DNA of 64,000 nucleotides from contig JAIVFI010000025.1 of assembly GCA_025558095.1 (NCBI GenBank), positions 62,001 through 126,000 of the forward strand, given 5' to 3'. This DNA is from Hyaloraphidium curvatum SAG 235-1. Lineage: Eukaryota; Fungi; Monoblepharomycota. The notes below the pieces were generated by a model. That model worked only from the letters and a program-made list of their open reading frames with translations, did not search any database and had not been told where the DNA came from. Every line of letters starts with the position of its first letter. Within the stretch, counting starts at the first letter, position 1. This document shows, piece by piece, positions 20,301 through 29,824 of this stretch. Both the position numbers and the translations under genes were made by a program.

Positions 20301-22452
20301 CACCTCGCTGAGGAGCAACTTGCTCCTGGAAGACCCTCAGGCTCTGCTGCCGTCCCTTGCCGACCTCTACTCGCACCCATACTCGCAACAGGATCCTTCC
20401 CCATTCGAGGACTTGGGCTCTCCTACGGCCAGCGGTCCAGTACCGCAAAGCGTCGCTACTGCCGTTGCCGCTTCGCCCGTCGTGCGCCGTCTGGAGCGGC
20501 GCGTGAACCGGTTCCTTCGCCACCTCTTCTCGAACCCGTCGTGGCGCAGCAACGAGCTGCTCTGGGAGTTCTGCATGGACGTGCCGCTGAACTGGACGAT
20601 GGTGCGCGAACGGACGCAGAGCAAACGGGAGATGGCGATCGAAGATGTCGTCGCTCGGTACGACGGCAAGTACGGGACGGAGGGGATCAGGGCAACAGAG
20701 TTGTGGATTGCGGAGGCCCTCAAGCGTGCGTCGCAGCTGCAGACATCCCTCAGGGCCGTCGGAGCCGCCGCGAGAAGGAACGCGAGGGCCAGGCGCGAGT
20801 TTGCTGCCGCGCTGGGCCAGCTCAAGTTCTTCATCTGCCGACCGGCGGGCGTTTGTTTTCCCTGGCCCGCTGCCCTTCTCGCTTTCGATGCGCTCGGTGC
20901 CATCGCCGATGCCGAGGCCAAGCTGGGATCGGAGGAAGCCCTGGACGCCGGCGAAGCGGTGTTGGACTGTTTGCATGACTTTGCGGATGTCGTGGCTGTT
21001 GCACAGACCCACGACGATGCTCTTCGGGCTTACCTAGGTACGCAGGATAAGCTGCGGGCCGCTGGCGACAGGTTCTCGAAGCTGGAGCTCGAGGCCCGCG
21101 GGGAAGTCGACGCTCATCCTAGCAGCGCGCCGCCTGCGAGCGGCAACAGGGTCATGGACAGGCTTATGGCCGCTGTCGCTGGGACTGGCACCACACGAGC
21201 GCGAGCGCTTCGGGTTTCGGCGGCCGACAGCAGGCTTGGCGACACCAAGGGCACCATGAAGATCCTGGAGGAGCAAGCCCTGTCCCAAGCGGCCTTTCTG
21301 GAGCACGTGGATACCTCGATCCGCGCCAGCTTCGATTTCCAAATGGTTCGCCATGCGGATGAGCTCGCGAGCATTCTCGACGGCTTGGTCGACAGGGAAC
21401 TCGAAGCGGCCAAGGAGGCGGTTCGCTCGATGGAGAGCGCTCTGGCTTCGCTGAAGCCCATCGTCAGCAGCCTCGATGAAGCGTGGTCGGCTTATCTGGA
21501 TGAATCAGTTCCTCTGGTTCTTGCGCTCAAGGCTAGTTGGATGGAGAGCCCTGATTCTGCAGCTGGCGGAACAACGAAGCTGGACGGAACCGCCGAGCCT
21601 GAGGAGGACCCGACTGTCACCCCCACCAGTGCCATGCTCTCCGCTCTTCAGTCGGCCGCCGACGATCTGGAAGCTTTCGACGTGCCGACTGAGCCGGACC
21701 GAGCGAATCTTGCTCCGCGCAAACCGGTGAAGGAACCAGGCGGGTCGGCGAGACGGAAGCTTGAGGCATTGGCCGGGGAGACGGAAGCAGAGGATCGCAA
21801 GCGACGTGCCTTGGAGCTGCTGCATGGGAACGGGGCTCCTCCGCTTGTTCTCAGTCTTGCCGACGATGTGCCCTCGGATCTGGACCTGATTCTTGACGTG
21901 GACATGGCCGAGAAGCTCAAGTCCCACTTTCCTTCCCGTTTCTGGACGGCCACCTCTTGGAAACTGCTCTTCTCTCTCGCCGTTCACGGAACCTCCTTGA
22001 CGACCTTCTTCGCCTTGGTGGGGAGCAAAGGCCCGACACTGTGGTGCATTCGGACCGTAAGCGGCAAGACCATCGGCGCCTTTGTCGCCGACGATGTTGT
22101 GGAGCTGACGGAAGCCGCTCATCGTTTCTACGGGTCCGGCGAGGGTTTCCTTTGGGAGAAGCTGGCCGGAAACGGACTCCGCGTCTGTCACTCGACCTTG
22201 AGCAACACATACTTTATTACGTCGACGCGCTCCGAGATCATGTTTGGCGCGGGAGGGCACGCCTTCATCGGACTATACCTCGACAGCCTCGGGGAAGGAT
22301 ACTCGGACGGGGCATGCCCGACCTTTGACATGGGCGGTATCGCACTCGGACGTGGCGTAGATCCGGCAGACGCAGGGCCGTTGGACGTGGCCAAGCGCGC
22401 GCGCTTCGACTTTCAGATCGCGAATGTAGAGATCTGGGGTGTTGCGACCTAG
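17362..22452 (+). CDS. VPS9 GEF + ankyrin repeats + PX/BAR-like region + C-terminal TLDc domain (Vrl1/VARP-like)
   Basis: VPS9 (RTPQEK..I, TDHLLPLLV, GELAFTMSTFEAV); ankyrins (GNTLLHLAV, QTALHFAV, STVLHLVC, STALHLA); PX-like YVRRSLD|DFTSLRSNL..P..LPSL; TLDc (HGTSLTTFF, IGAFV, FYGSGEGFLW, G.S..CPTF, NVEIWG); introns 19891-19945 and 20247-20296. Confidence 0.82.
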
Positions 22453-22551
22453 ACTACAGGCATGAGCACGATCTGGTGAACCACCCGGCTCGCGGCCGTC
22501 ACCACTACGTCGTCGTCGTCTCCGAAAGGCAAGACATAGCCGTGCTCGCGC

Positions 22552-23462
22552 TCAGTCTTCACCGTCCCGCAGCTCGTGCTCGAGGTCGATGAGTTTCGTC
22601 CCGTTCACGTTGAGCTCGCGGTACCGTTTGGGCTTCAGGGGCGGGATCCGATCTCCTTCGCGCTTCACTGGAACTGCAGCAGTGATTCCTTTCGCATCTA
22701 GAAGATCCTTGCTCCGATAGTGGAAAGTGAACTCAGCAATCGGATGGTCCTCGCAGTAGGTGCCGGCGAAGACCGACTCCCTCCGTTCGGCCAACGGTTC
22801 GCCGACAACTGTAGGCAGTAGCGCGAACTATATCAGCATTACGCATAAGCATGCAACCGTTCCGGAGGGACACTTGCCCGTAGTGTGAGTAAAGAGCCCT
22901 AGCTTCGATGCCTCCTTGGCCTTTTCGTGGATGGGGATATCCTCGTGCACCCAGCCAGATCCGTCAGGCAGGAAAGATCCGGTTTTGATGAAGTTTCTAA
23001 CTTCAACGCGGATCTTTCCACCGGGAACTCCGTCGCGTTTCTGTTTCTCGTAGAGGTCGCGAGCCCAGGCACCATCTTCGTCCGAAACGACCTGGGCCCG
23101 CCCAAAGTACCACGGCCTCCACTGAGCGCCATGAAAGTTAGTGACTGGATCCCAGTATTGACAGGGACATTTCCTCGCACCTCGCCGTTGGACGAGACTA
23201 CTCCCGGAATGTTGCCCTCGTCTCCGTGCTCGATGGCAGTGACGCCGCTGCTCCGTGCGTCCACGAAGACTTGGAAAGTAACGTGGGTTCCGGCTCCTCC
23301 CGATCTGCCCCGCACTCGGATTTGGAAGCGCTTGCCGGACTCGCTCGGCACGAACACGGAGCGCCTCTGCGTCTCGCCCTCGACGTCAAGCTGGCCGCCG
23401 TACTCGGGCAGCGCGGCCCCGTCGACCATGATGGACACGGTGTATCCGGCGAGCGAAGGCAT
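22552..23462 (-). CDS. DUF7918-like fungal protein, copy A (C-terminally truncated by an apparent 1-nt insertion)
   Basis: VDGAALPEY, FVPSESGKRF, IHEKAK, PIAEFTFHYRS motifs; paralog of 25507-26484; second intron is GC-AG (22877-22809). Confidence 0.65.
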
Positions 23463-23579
23463 GATTTGAGGAAAGACGTGCCGGCGGAAATGACGGGGCG
23501 GAAAAAGGGACGAGTCGTTTGGTTGTGGCGACCGCGAGCGGTGACTAAGAGGCAGTTCTTCGCCTTGCTTACGCGTAAA

Positions 23580-25154
23580 TCATCTACAAAGTACATTGTC
23601 ACTGCAGTACAACGGCCATCGGCTCACAATGGCCGGAAACTCTGGCCGCTTCCTGTACTCGGCCTGCGTCGCAGAGAGGATAAATTCCCAGTAGGCGTCG
23701 CCAACGCCCTCTGGCCTCTTCAAGTTGCCCTCCGCGTCGCGCGCGTGCCTCCCGGGCAACTTCCCCTTGAGCAGCAGCTCCACACAGGTCATCCCGAATG
23801 CGTAGACGTCGCCGTACTTGGTCCACTTTTGGACCGCCGCGATCCGGCCTTCCTTTGTCAGCATCTCGGGGGCCATGTAACCAGGCGTGCCGCCGCGCAC
23901 CAAGGCCGACATGCGGCCCGAAGCGTCCAGGTCCCGGCGGAACCTGGCCATACCGAGGTCCCCGATCTTGGCGCGCCCCCCGACGACGAGGATGTTAGCT
24001 GCCTTGAGGTCCCCGTGCAGCGTTTTGCGCCCGTGCAGGTACTCCATCCCGGCGGCTACCTGGCCCATGAGCTCGATCCCACGGCGCTGATCCCAGCCCA
24101 GCTTGCCGAGGTAGTCGGAGAGGTTGCCGCCATCTGCCAGCTCTGCAATGAGCATCGGCGGTTCCTCGCAGTATGCGCGCAGCTTGAGCACGTTCTTGTG
24201 CGAGAGCGTCTTCCAGAGGTCGAGCTCCTGGAGAAACGCTTCGATGACGTCCGGTCCCAAGTCCATGATTGCCTCCTTCTTGATGGTCTTGACGGCAACC
24301 AGGCTGTTGCCGAGGCGGCCCTTGAATACCTCGCCAAAGCCACCGGCGCCGAGCCGATCCTTCTTGTCATAATCGATGTCCCCGGCCTCGATCGCGACTG
24401 GGTTGAGCCTTATCGAAGACATCGTGCTGGTAAGGACGACCTCCTGGAACTTCTTGAAGGCGACGTCGGTCTCCTCCTTCGTATCCAGACGGAGGGTCTC
24501 GAACACGCGGCCGGGCATGTTGGTGCGGCAGTAGTCCTTGAAAATGTCGCCGGCGCGGACGGCGGCATCGTGCAGCGCCAGGTAGAAGTAGGTCACGCGC
24601 TTGCCCTGGAGCAGGTCGGTCAGGTATGTGCCGTACTCGCTCGGCCTGATGCCGGCCGGGTCCTGGGCGTCCATGTCGGGGTAGGTGTCGTAGATCATGT
24701 TGTGTTCCTTGATTATCCGTTTCCACTCGGGGTCCCAGAAGAGCTCGCCGTGGGGCGGGGCGTCGAGGATATGGAACAGCACGCGCGTGGTGCGCGAGGA
24801 CGGGGCCCACGACAAGGCGGCCGCGGCTTTGAGCGCGCCCAAAACGTCCTCGGAGATGTCGTGGCCAAAGCCAGACTCCGTCTTGACGGCATCAAAGATC
24901 GGCAGCACGTCCTCTGGCGCGGCAAAGTCGACGGGCTGGACGAACGACTTTGCGGGGCCGGAGCCCGACGCCGGCGCCTTGAAATCGCGGTAAAAGACGC
25001 CGCCGACGCGGACTTTAACGGCGCGGCCAAAGATGCCACCGGAGGTCTCGGTGACGAGGTGGCGCACGACGCGCTTCGTGAAGGCGAGGTACTCGGCCAT
25101 CGACCCCGTCACATCCACAACAAACGCAATGTCGACGCCGCGTCCGCCAGCCAT
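23580..25154 (-). CDS. vWA domain fused to a tyrosine-kinase-like (TKL) protein kinase, apparently intronless
   Basis: DIAFVVDVTGSM (MIDAS), YRD, EDVLGAL, ILDAPPHG; kinase LGAGGFGEV, VAVK, HGDLKAANIL, DLG, GTPGYMAPE, DVYAFG. Confidence 0.88.
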   Translation of the reverse strand: MAGGRGVDIAFVVDVTGSMAEYLAFTKRVVRHLVTETSGGIFGRAVKVRVGGVFYRDFKAPASGSGPAKSFVQPVDFAAPEDVLPIFDAVKTESGFGHDISEDVLGALKAAAALSWAPSSRTTRVLFHILDAPPHGELFWDPEWKRIIKEHNMIYDTYPDMDAQDPAGIRPSEYGTYLTDLLQGKRVTYFYLALHDAAVRAGDIFKDYCRTNMPGRVFETLRLDTKEETDVAFKKFQEVVLTSTMSSIRLNPVAIEAGDIDYDKKDRLGAGGFGEVFKGRLGNSLVAVKTIKKEAIMDLGPDVIEAFLQELDLWKTLSHKNVLKLRAYCEEPPMLIAELADGGNLSDYLGKLGWDQRRGIELMGQVAAGMEYLHGRKTLHGDLKAANILVVGGRAKIGDLGMARFRRDLDASGRMSALVRGGTPGYMAPEMLTKEGRIAAVQKWTKYGDVYAFGMTCVELLLKGKLPGRHARDAEGNLKRPEGVGDAYWEFILSATQAEYRKRPEFPAIVSRWPLYCSDNVLCR

Positions 25155-25506
25155 CGCGGAGGAGGCGCGCGAGACGGCAGGGGCACGTGGGGGATGGCGG
25201 GCCGCTGTGCCGCTAGCTGCTGTGCATGACGATCGGTTGAGACGGTCCCTGTCGCCTCGCGATTCATTCGCGATGGATGTGGTAGATGTCTGCGGATATC
25301 GCCGGACGGGAAACCCGACAACCGTGATTCTTGGAACGATGTGACCGTGCCTGATTGGCAGAAGGGCGGCATGGTGGCGTCGGACTCGGACTATACTCCG
25401 GCGTCGATGGGGCGGACGTAGGCCTCTTAATGTGCCATAGAGCGCGCTCTTCGATCTTGAGATCGCGAATGTCGTGTTGCGACGTACATTCTCGCGTGCA
25501 TGGCAT

Positions 25507-26484
25507 CTAGTGATTGGCGATCCGGCGCGCGGCCGTCACCACCACGTCGTCGTCGTCTTCGACAGCGACGCCACTGTCGAGCCTCCGATCCTCTTCATCG
25601 TCCGTCAGCTCGTCCTCGAGATCGATCATGCGCTGGCCTTCGACGTCCAGCACGCGATACCGCTTGAGCTTCGGGGGCAGGATCTGATCACCTTCGCGCT
25701 TGACCTGAGCTGCGGCAGTGATTCCATTCGCATCGAGGAGGTCCATGCTGCGGTAGTGGAAGGTGAACTCGGCGATCGGACGGTCTTCGCAGCACTTGTA
25801 GGTGATGAACCACTCCACCCGGTCGGCCAAGGGTTCGCCGACGACTACAGACAGCACGCGCCATGAGCAATAAGTATCCAACCGTTCGGAGGAGACACTT
25901 GCCGGCAGTGTGAGTGAAGAGCCCGAGCTTCGATGACTCCTTGGCCTTCTCATGGATCGGGCGGTCTTCGTGCTGCCAACCAGGTCCGTCCGGCGGGTGA
26001 GACCCGGTCTTGATGCAGTTTCTGACTTCAATACGGATCTTGCCGCCGGGAATCCCGTCGCGCTTCTGCTCATTGTAAAGGTCGCGGGCCCAGGCACCAT
26101 CTTTGTCTGAAACGAATTGGGCCCGCGCAAAGTGCCACGGCCTCCGCTGCGATACTTACGCATCATACTCCTTTCATCGAGGTCGCTCGAGCCATGACTT
26201 ACTTCGCCATTGCTGCCGGTAGCTCCAACGATATCTCGTTCCGGCTTGCCGTGCCTCAGAAGGAACTGTCCCGCCTCCCGTTCGTCCACGAAGACTTCAA
26301 ATACTGCATGCGTTCCAGATCCTCCCGAGCTCTTCACGTGGATTTGGAAGCGCTTCCCGGTCTCGCTCGGCACGAACACGGAGCGCCTCAGCGTCGCGCC
26401 CTCGACGTCCAGCTCGCCTCCGAACTCCGGCAGCGGCTCCCCGTCGACGATGATGGACGCAGAAAAGCCAGCGAGCGACGGCAT
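25507..26484 (-). CDS. DUF7918-like fungal protein, copy B (intact)
   Basis: MPSLAGFSASIIVDGEPLPEF, FVPSETGKRF, IHEKAK, PIAEFTFHYRS; same two intron positions as copy A, second is GC-AG (25902-25845). Confidence 0.7.
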   Translation of the reverse strand: MPSLAGFSASIIVDGEPLPEFGGELDVEGATLRRSVFVPSETGKRFQIHVKSSGGSGTHAVFEVFVDEREAGQFLLRHGKPERDIVGATGSNGEVSHGSSDLDERSMMRKYRSGGRGTLRGPNSFQTKMVPGPATFTMSRSATGFPAARSVLKSETASRPGLTRRTDLVGSTKTARSMRRPRSHRSSGSSLTLPASVSSERLDTYCSWRVLSVVVGEPLADRVEWFITYKCCEDRPIAEFTFHYRSMDLLDANGITAAAQVKREGDQILPPKLKRYRVLDVEGQRMIDLEDELTDDEEDRRLDSGVAVEDDDDVVVTAARRIANH

Positions 26485-26765
26485 GACTTGAGCACGGAAC
26501 GGCCCGGCTGGAAGAGAAACGAGGCGGGTTGTCGAGTTTTGTTTTGATGCCGGCGAGGCTTGGATGACTCGACGAGACTCGTCGCTCCAGCTTCCGAAGC
26601 AACAAAACCGGAACCAGGACAAGACCAAATCGCGTTTAATGGCAATAGAATTATGGCATCACAGTTCCGGATCGCCTAGCTCTGAGGCGGATCCTGCCTC
26701 CGAGGAGGATGCGCCCTTGGGCAGGGTGCGGCCTTCGAGGAGGATGAGCGCCTTTTGGAGCACAT

Positions 26766-27137
26766 TCAAGCACGCTCTGGATGACGTCGCGAGACAGTAA
26801 GCCTTCGTTCCGCGTCGTTCGAGTCGGACAACATACTCAGCGGACCGAAGTCGATGCCCGTCAGCTCCTCGTTGACCTCGAAGATCTTTGCGTGCACTTC
26901 CGGCACGCCGAAGCCCTTCAGCCGCTTCGAGTGCATCTCCAGGTAGGCTTCCGCGGAAGAACGGTCCTCGAACAGGTAGATCCCTCCGGCCTCCTTCCGC
27001 TCCGCGCTTTCCGTCCACACTTTCCAAATAAATCCCGGTTCCTGTGCGATGGACTCTGCGAGCCCCTTCAGCTGCGCGGCCATCTCGGCGCCGAACGGGC
27101 CCGGGAAGGGGAAATCGACTTGAAGAATGACGGGCAT
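26766..27137 (-). CDS. ydhR: YdhR-family putative monooxygenase (bacterial type)
   Basis: GPFG.EM..QLK.LAESI.QEPGF.WKVWTES....EAGGIYLF.D...A.AYLE.H..RLK closely matches proteobacterial YdhR; probable 60-nt intron 26836-26777 near the 3' end. Confidence 0.9.
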   Translation of the reverse strand: MPVILQVDFPFPGPFGAEMAAQLKGLAESIAQEPGFIWKVWTESAERKEAGGIYLFEDRSSAEAYLEMHSKRLKGFGVPEVHAKIFEVNEELTGIDFGPLSMLSDSNDAERRLTVSRRHPERA

Positions 27138-27651
27138 CGTCCGGCAAGGGGGTCTTTACAGCGACGTGGCGGCTCGGGGAGTTTGGCTCGCGGAATGCCG
27201 CAATCGCAGAGAGAGACGTTCAAGGCGCGTCCTTTTGCTGTCCCGTCCTTCGATGGCCCACGCTGGTGTCTGTAGCGCGCGCGGGGAAGTGAGTTGGGAT
27301 GCGGGAGGCAAATCGGCTGACGGAGACTGCTGATGCGAAGCGTCCAAGGGCGCTCGCCTACTAATGTTTCGGCTCATTTTACAGAAGATTTGTCGTCGTC
27401 TTGCTTCCCTCCTGTACCTTCATGTTTTGCCCGGCCGGAAGGCAGCAGAGGATCACATCTGTCCGCTTACTCCACGGCTCCGTAGTGGTCTATCGTGATC
27501 GGCTTTGATAGGCATCCGGTAGTCAAGCTGTTGCACTCGAACGCGGATTGCGTTTGAATCAGGCTCGGTGTTGGATCGGAGACTGGCCCCGGTCGACGTC
27601 ATGGCGGCGGTGCTGCTGCGGTGCGGACGTTCCCCTCCCTCACAAGACCCA

Positions 27652-28410
27652 ATGGCATTCCTTCCGAGCCTCCGTCCGGGCCCCGATGAGCCTCCTTTTG
27701 TGACGCTTCGGTCGCTACTGACCAAGTACCCGCCTTTTGTCGCCCCGCTGCTCGAGATGGAGGTCCGTTCTCGCCGTCACCCGGCACGCTCCTTTGACGG
27801 TGCGTCGCGCAACAGGAGGCCATCATGCGGCCCGACACGGCCGCGTCCGAGGCCGCGGGACAGAAGCAGACGCTGACGGTGGCGGACCGGGAGCTCATCG
27901 CCGCGTTCACGTCGGCACTGAACAGCTGCAAGTGGTGCTTGGGAGTGCACGAGAAGGTGGCGGTCAAGTTCGGAGTGGACCCCGCAGCACTTAGAGCGGC
28001 ACTGGTGGACATTAACGCGAGCCCGTTCGACGCGCGGAGGAAGGCCATGCTGCACTACGTGTGAGGACGACCGCCTGGGGTACCTCGGGCAACGTGGGAC
28101 TTACCCTCTTGTGCATCGTAGGAAAAAGGTCGCCCTCGAGCCGCCAAAAGTGACGGCAAGAGATGTCCAGGCGATGCTGAGCGAAGGACTGACGGAACGG
28201 GACGTGTTCGACGCATGTTCGGCCTGTGCAATGTTCAGCTTGTTCGTTTGCTTCGCCGGGCTCGCGAAGGCTTCTGACCCCATGTTCACCAGCATGAACA
28301 GGCTGACGAGCTGCTTGGGATGCGAAGGGAACCACGAGACCTACGAGGCTCAGGCCAAGGCGCTCGTCGAGGTCGGCTACGCCAAGCTTGCTCCGCCCCG
28401 GAATCCTTGA
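27652..28410 (+). CDS. AhpD/carboxymuconolactone decarboxylase-family peroxidase-related enzyme, 3 introns
   Basis: RELIAAFTSALNSCKWCLGVH (CxxC..H) and FS|FMNRL after splicing. Confidence 0.82.
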
Positions 28411-28447
28411 CCTGGCGACATACGTATACCTCCCTCTTCCTATTCTG

Positions 28448-29593
28448 TCATTGTATGGTGAACATGGCAATACCTATCGTAATGCTAAGCAATGCGGCGA
28501 GGGGTCCACCCAATCCACGGTCCGCCGCGGAGAGCGCAGGCCGTACCGTCGTCGCGACCACCTCCTCCGCCCTCCGCCTCTCGACCTTTTCGAACGAGCG
28601 CACCCCCACGTCCCCCAGGAACCTATGTCCGGCCCGGGAGAAGTGCCCGTCGTAGAAGAATCTCCCGTCCGGGTCGTCGCAGAGCTGCACGGGCCCGCCC
28701 GAGTCCGGGTCGCCGCGCATGCACGGCGAGAGCATGTTGACCCCTTGCGGGCCGAAGTAGGGAGCCCACGAAGCGTTCTTGGGGTCGGCATAGAGGGCCG
28801 TCATGCTCTCGTGCCAAGAGACAATCTCAAGCGCGGCGTCGGGGTGCGCGGCGCGGAAAGCCGCCGCGGCAGAAAGCTGGAGCGCGTTGGTGGCGTTGAC
28901 GAAGCGCGCCATGGCCGTCGCGGCTTCGTTAGGCGGAGACATGCCACGCCAGAGAGGAAAGAGGTCCACGAGGAGGAAGTCCCGGGCCCCGGTCTTGTTG
29001 TAGAGCTCCTCCAGCATCTCGAACTGGGAATCCACGACGAGCCCCGGCAGGCGGTCCGAGTTGTTCCGATCCCAGCAACCCCACCCGAAACTGGTTATAA
29101 AGTCCACCGCTCCGCATGCCATGAGGTACAGGATCCTCGGCCTCGCGGGATCGACGAGCGTGCTTAGGTTCCCCGTGACGTTTGACGGCCGCAGCTGCAG
29201 CCCGGGCATCCCCGCCGCGTGCGACGCCAGGTACTCGTCCACCTCCTCGCGGCACGTCTGTCCCATCACCGGCGACTCGGGGCACAGCCCGTGGACGAGC
29301 TGGTCCGTCACGGCCCCCTCGAGCGCCATGTTCAGGTTCTCCACGCCCGTGCGCTCGGTGAAGCGCTCGATCCAGGTGGGCCCGTTGCTCCGCCGCCCGG
29401 GCGCGTAGAACGGCGGGCCGGGAACGCCGCGGCGGGCGTACATCCGGAAGTAGTCGGTGAAGGAATCGCCAAAGACGACGGAGAAGGAGAAGGCGGAGGA
29501 CGGTGCCGCGGCGGCGGGCGGCAAGGCCAGGAGGAGCGCGAAAAGGGCCAGGCCGCGCCCGGAGCAAATGCCGCGGCTCCTGAAGCGCCGCAT
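28448..29593 (-). CDS. Secreted SGNH/GDSL lipase-esterase with hydrophobic (GPI-like) C-terminus
   Basis: Signal peptide LALFALLLALPPAAAA, VVFGDSFTD, GRRSNGPTWIE, FFYDGHF..GH, C-terminal LAALLSITIGIAMFTIQ. Confidence 0.82.
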   Translation of the reverse strand: MRRFRSRGICSGRGLALFALLLALPPAAAAPSSAFSFSVVFGDSFTDYFRMYARRGVPGPPFYAPGRRSNGPTWIERFTERTGVENLNMALEGAVTDQLVHGLCPESPVMGQTCREEVDEYLASHAAGMPGLQLRPSNVTGNLSTLVDPARPRILYLMACGAVDFITSFGWGCWDRNNSDRLPGLVVDSQFEMLEELYNKTGARDFLLVDLFPLWRGMSPPNEAATAMARFVNATNALQLSAAAAFRAAHPDAALEIVSWHESMTALYADPKNASWAPYFGPQGVNMLSPCMRGDPDSGGPVQLCDDPDGRFFYDGHFSRAGHRFLGDVGVRSFEKVERRRAEEVVATTVRPALSAADRGLGGPLAALLSITIGIAMFTIQ

Positions 29594-29824
29594 TGTGCCG
29601 TCAAACGGCCCGCGGAGATCCTCTCGGGCGTGCGGGCGACTTTGATTCGAGGGTTCTCGGGACGGCCGCACCGAGCGCACCGCCGCAACGACCGCCCGAG
29701 TCGTCCGGAGCACGAACACAAGTCCGATCAACCCGCGACGGCGAAAAAAGTAGTCTTCTACCCTTCGTGACCAAGCCTCCATTACAAAAGATCTAGCTAC
29801 AAGATCCTCCGCCCGCCCCCTCCG

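Noticed and set aside
22552-22554. TGA as possible selenocysteine or readthrough codon in DUF7918-like copy A
   Set aside because: Homology to copy B continues in a different frame, so it is a frameshift rather than recoding; no SECIS recognised
23226-25229. 667-aa plus-strand ORF opposite the vWA-kinase
   Set aside because: Antisense shadow produced by GC3-biased codons; no motifs
26766-27137. Bacterial contamination explaining ydhR
   Set aside because: Embedded among intron-rich eukaryotic genes with matching codon bias and a probable intron of its own
27380-27600. Possible structured RNA gene (tRNA, snRNA, 5S) in lower-GC intergenic DNA; also checked 15870-16130 and 52300-52600
   Set aside because: No cloverleaf, Sm site or conserved snRNA/5S motif recognised by eye; an Rfam covariance scan would be needed to exclude one fully
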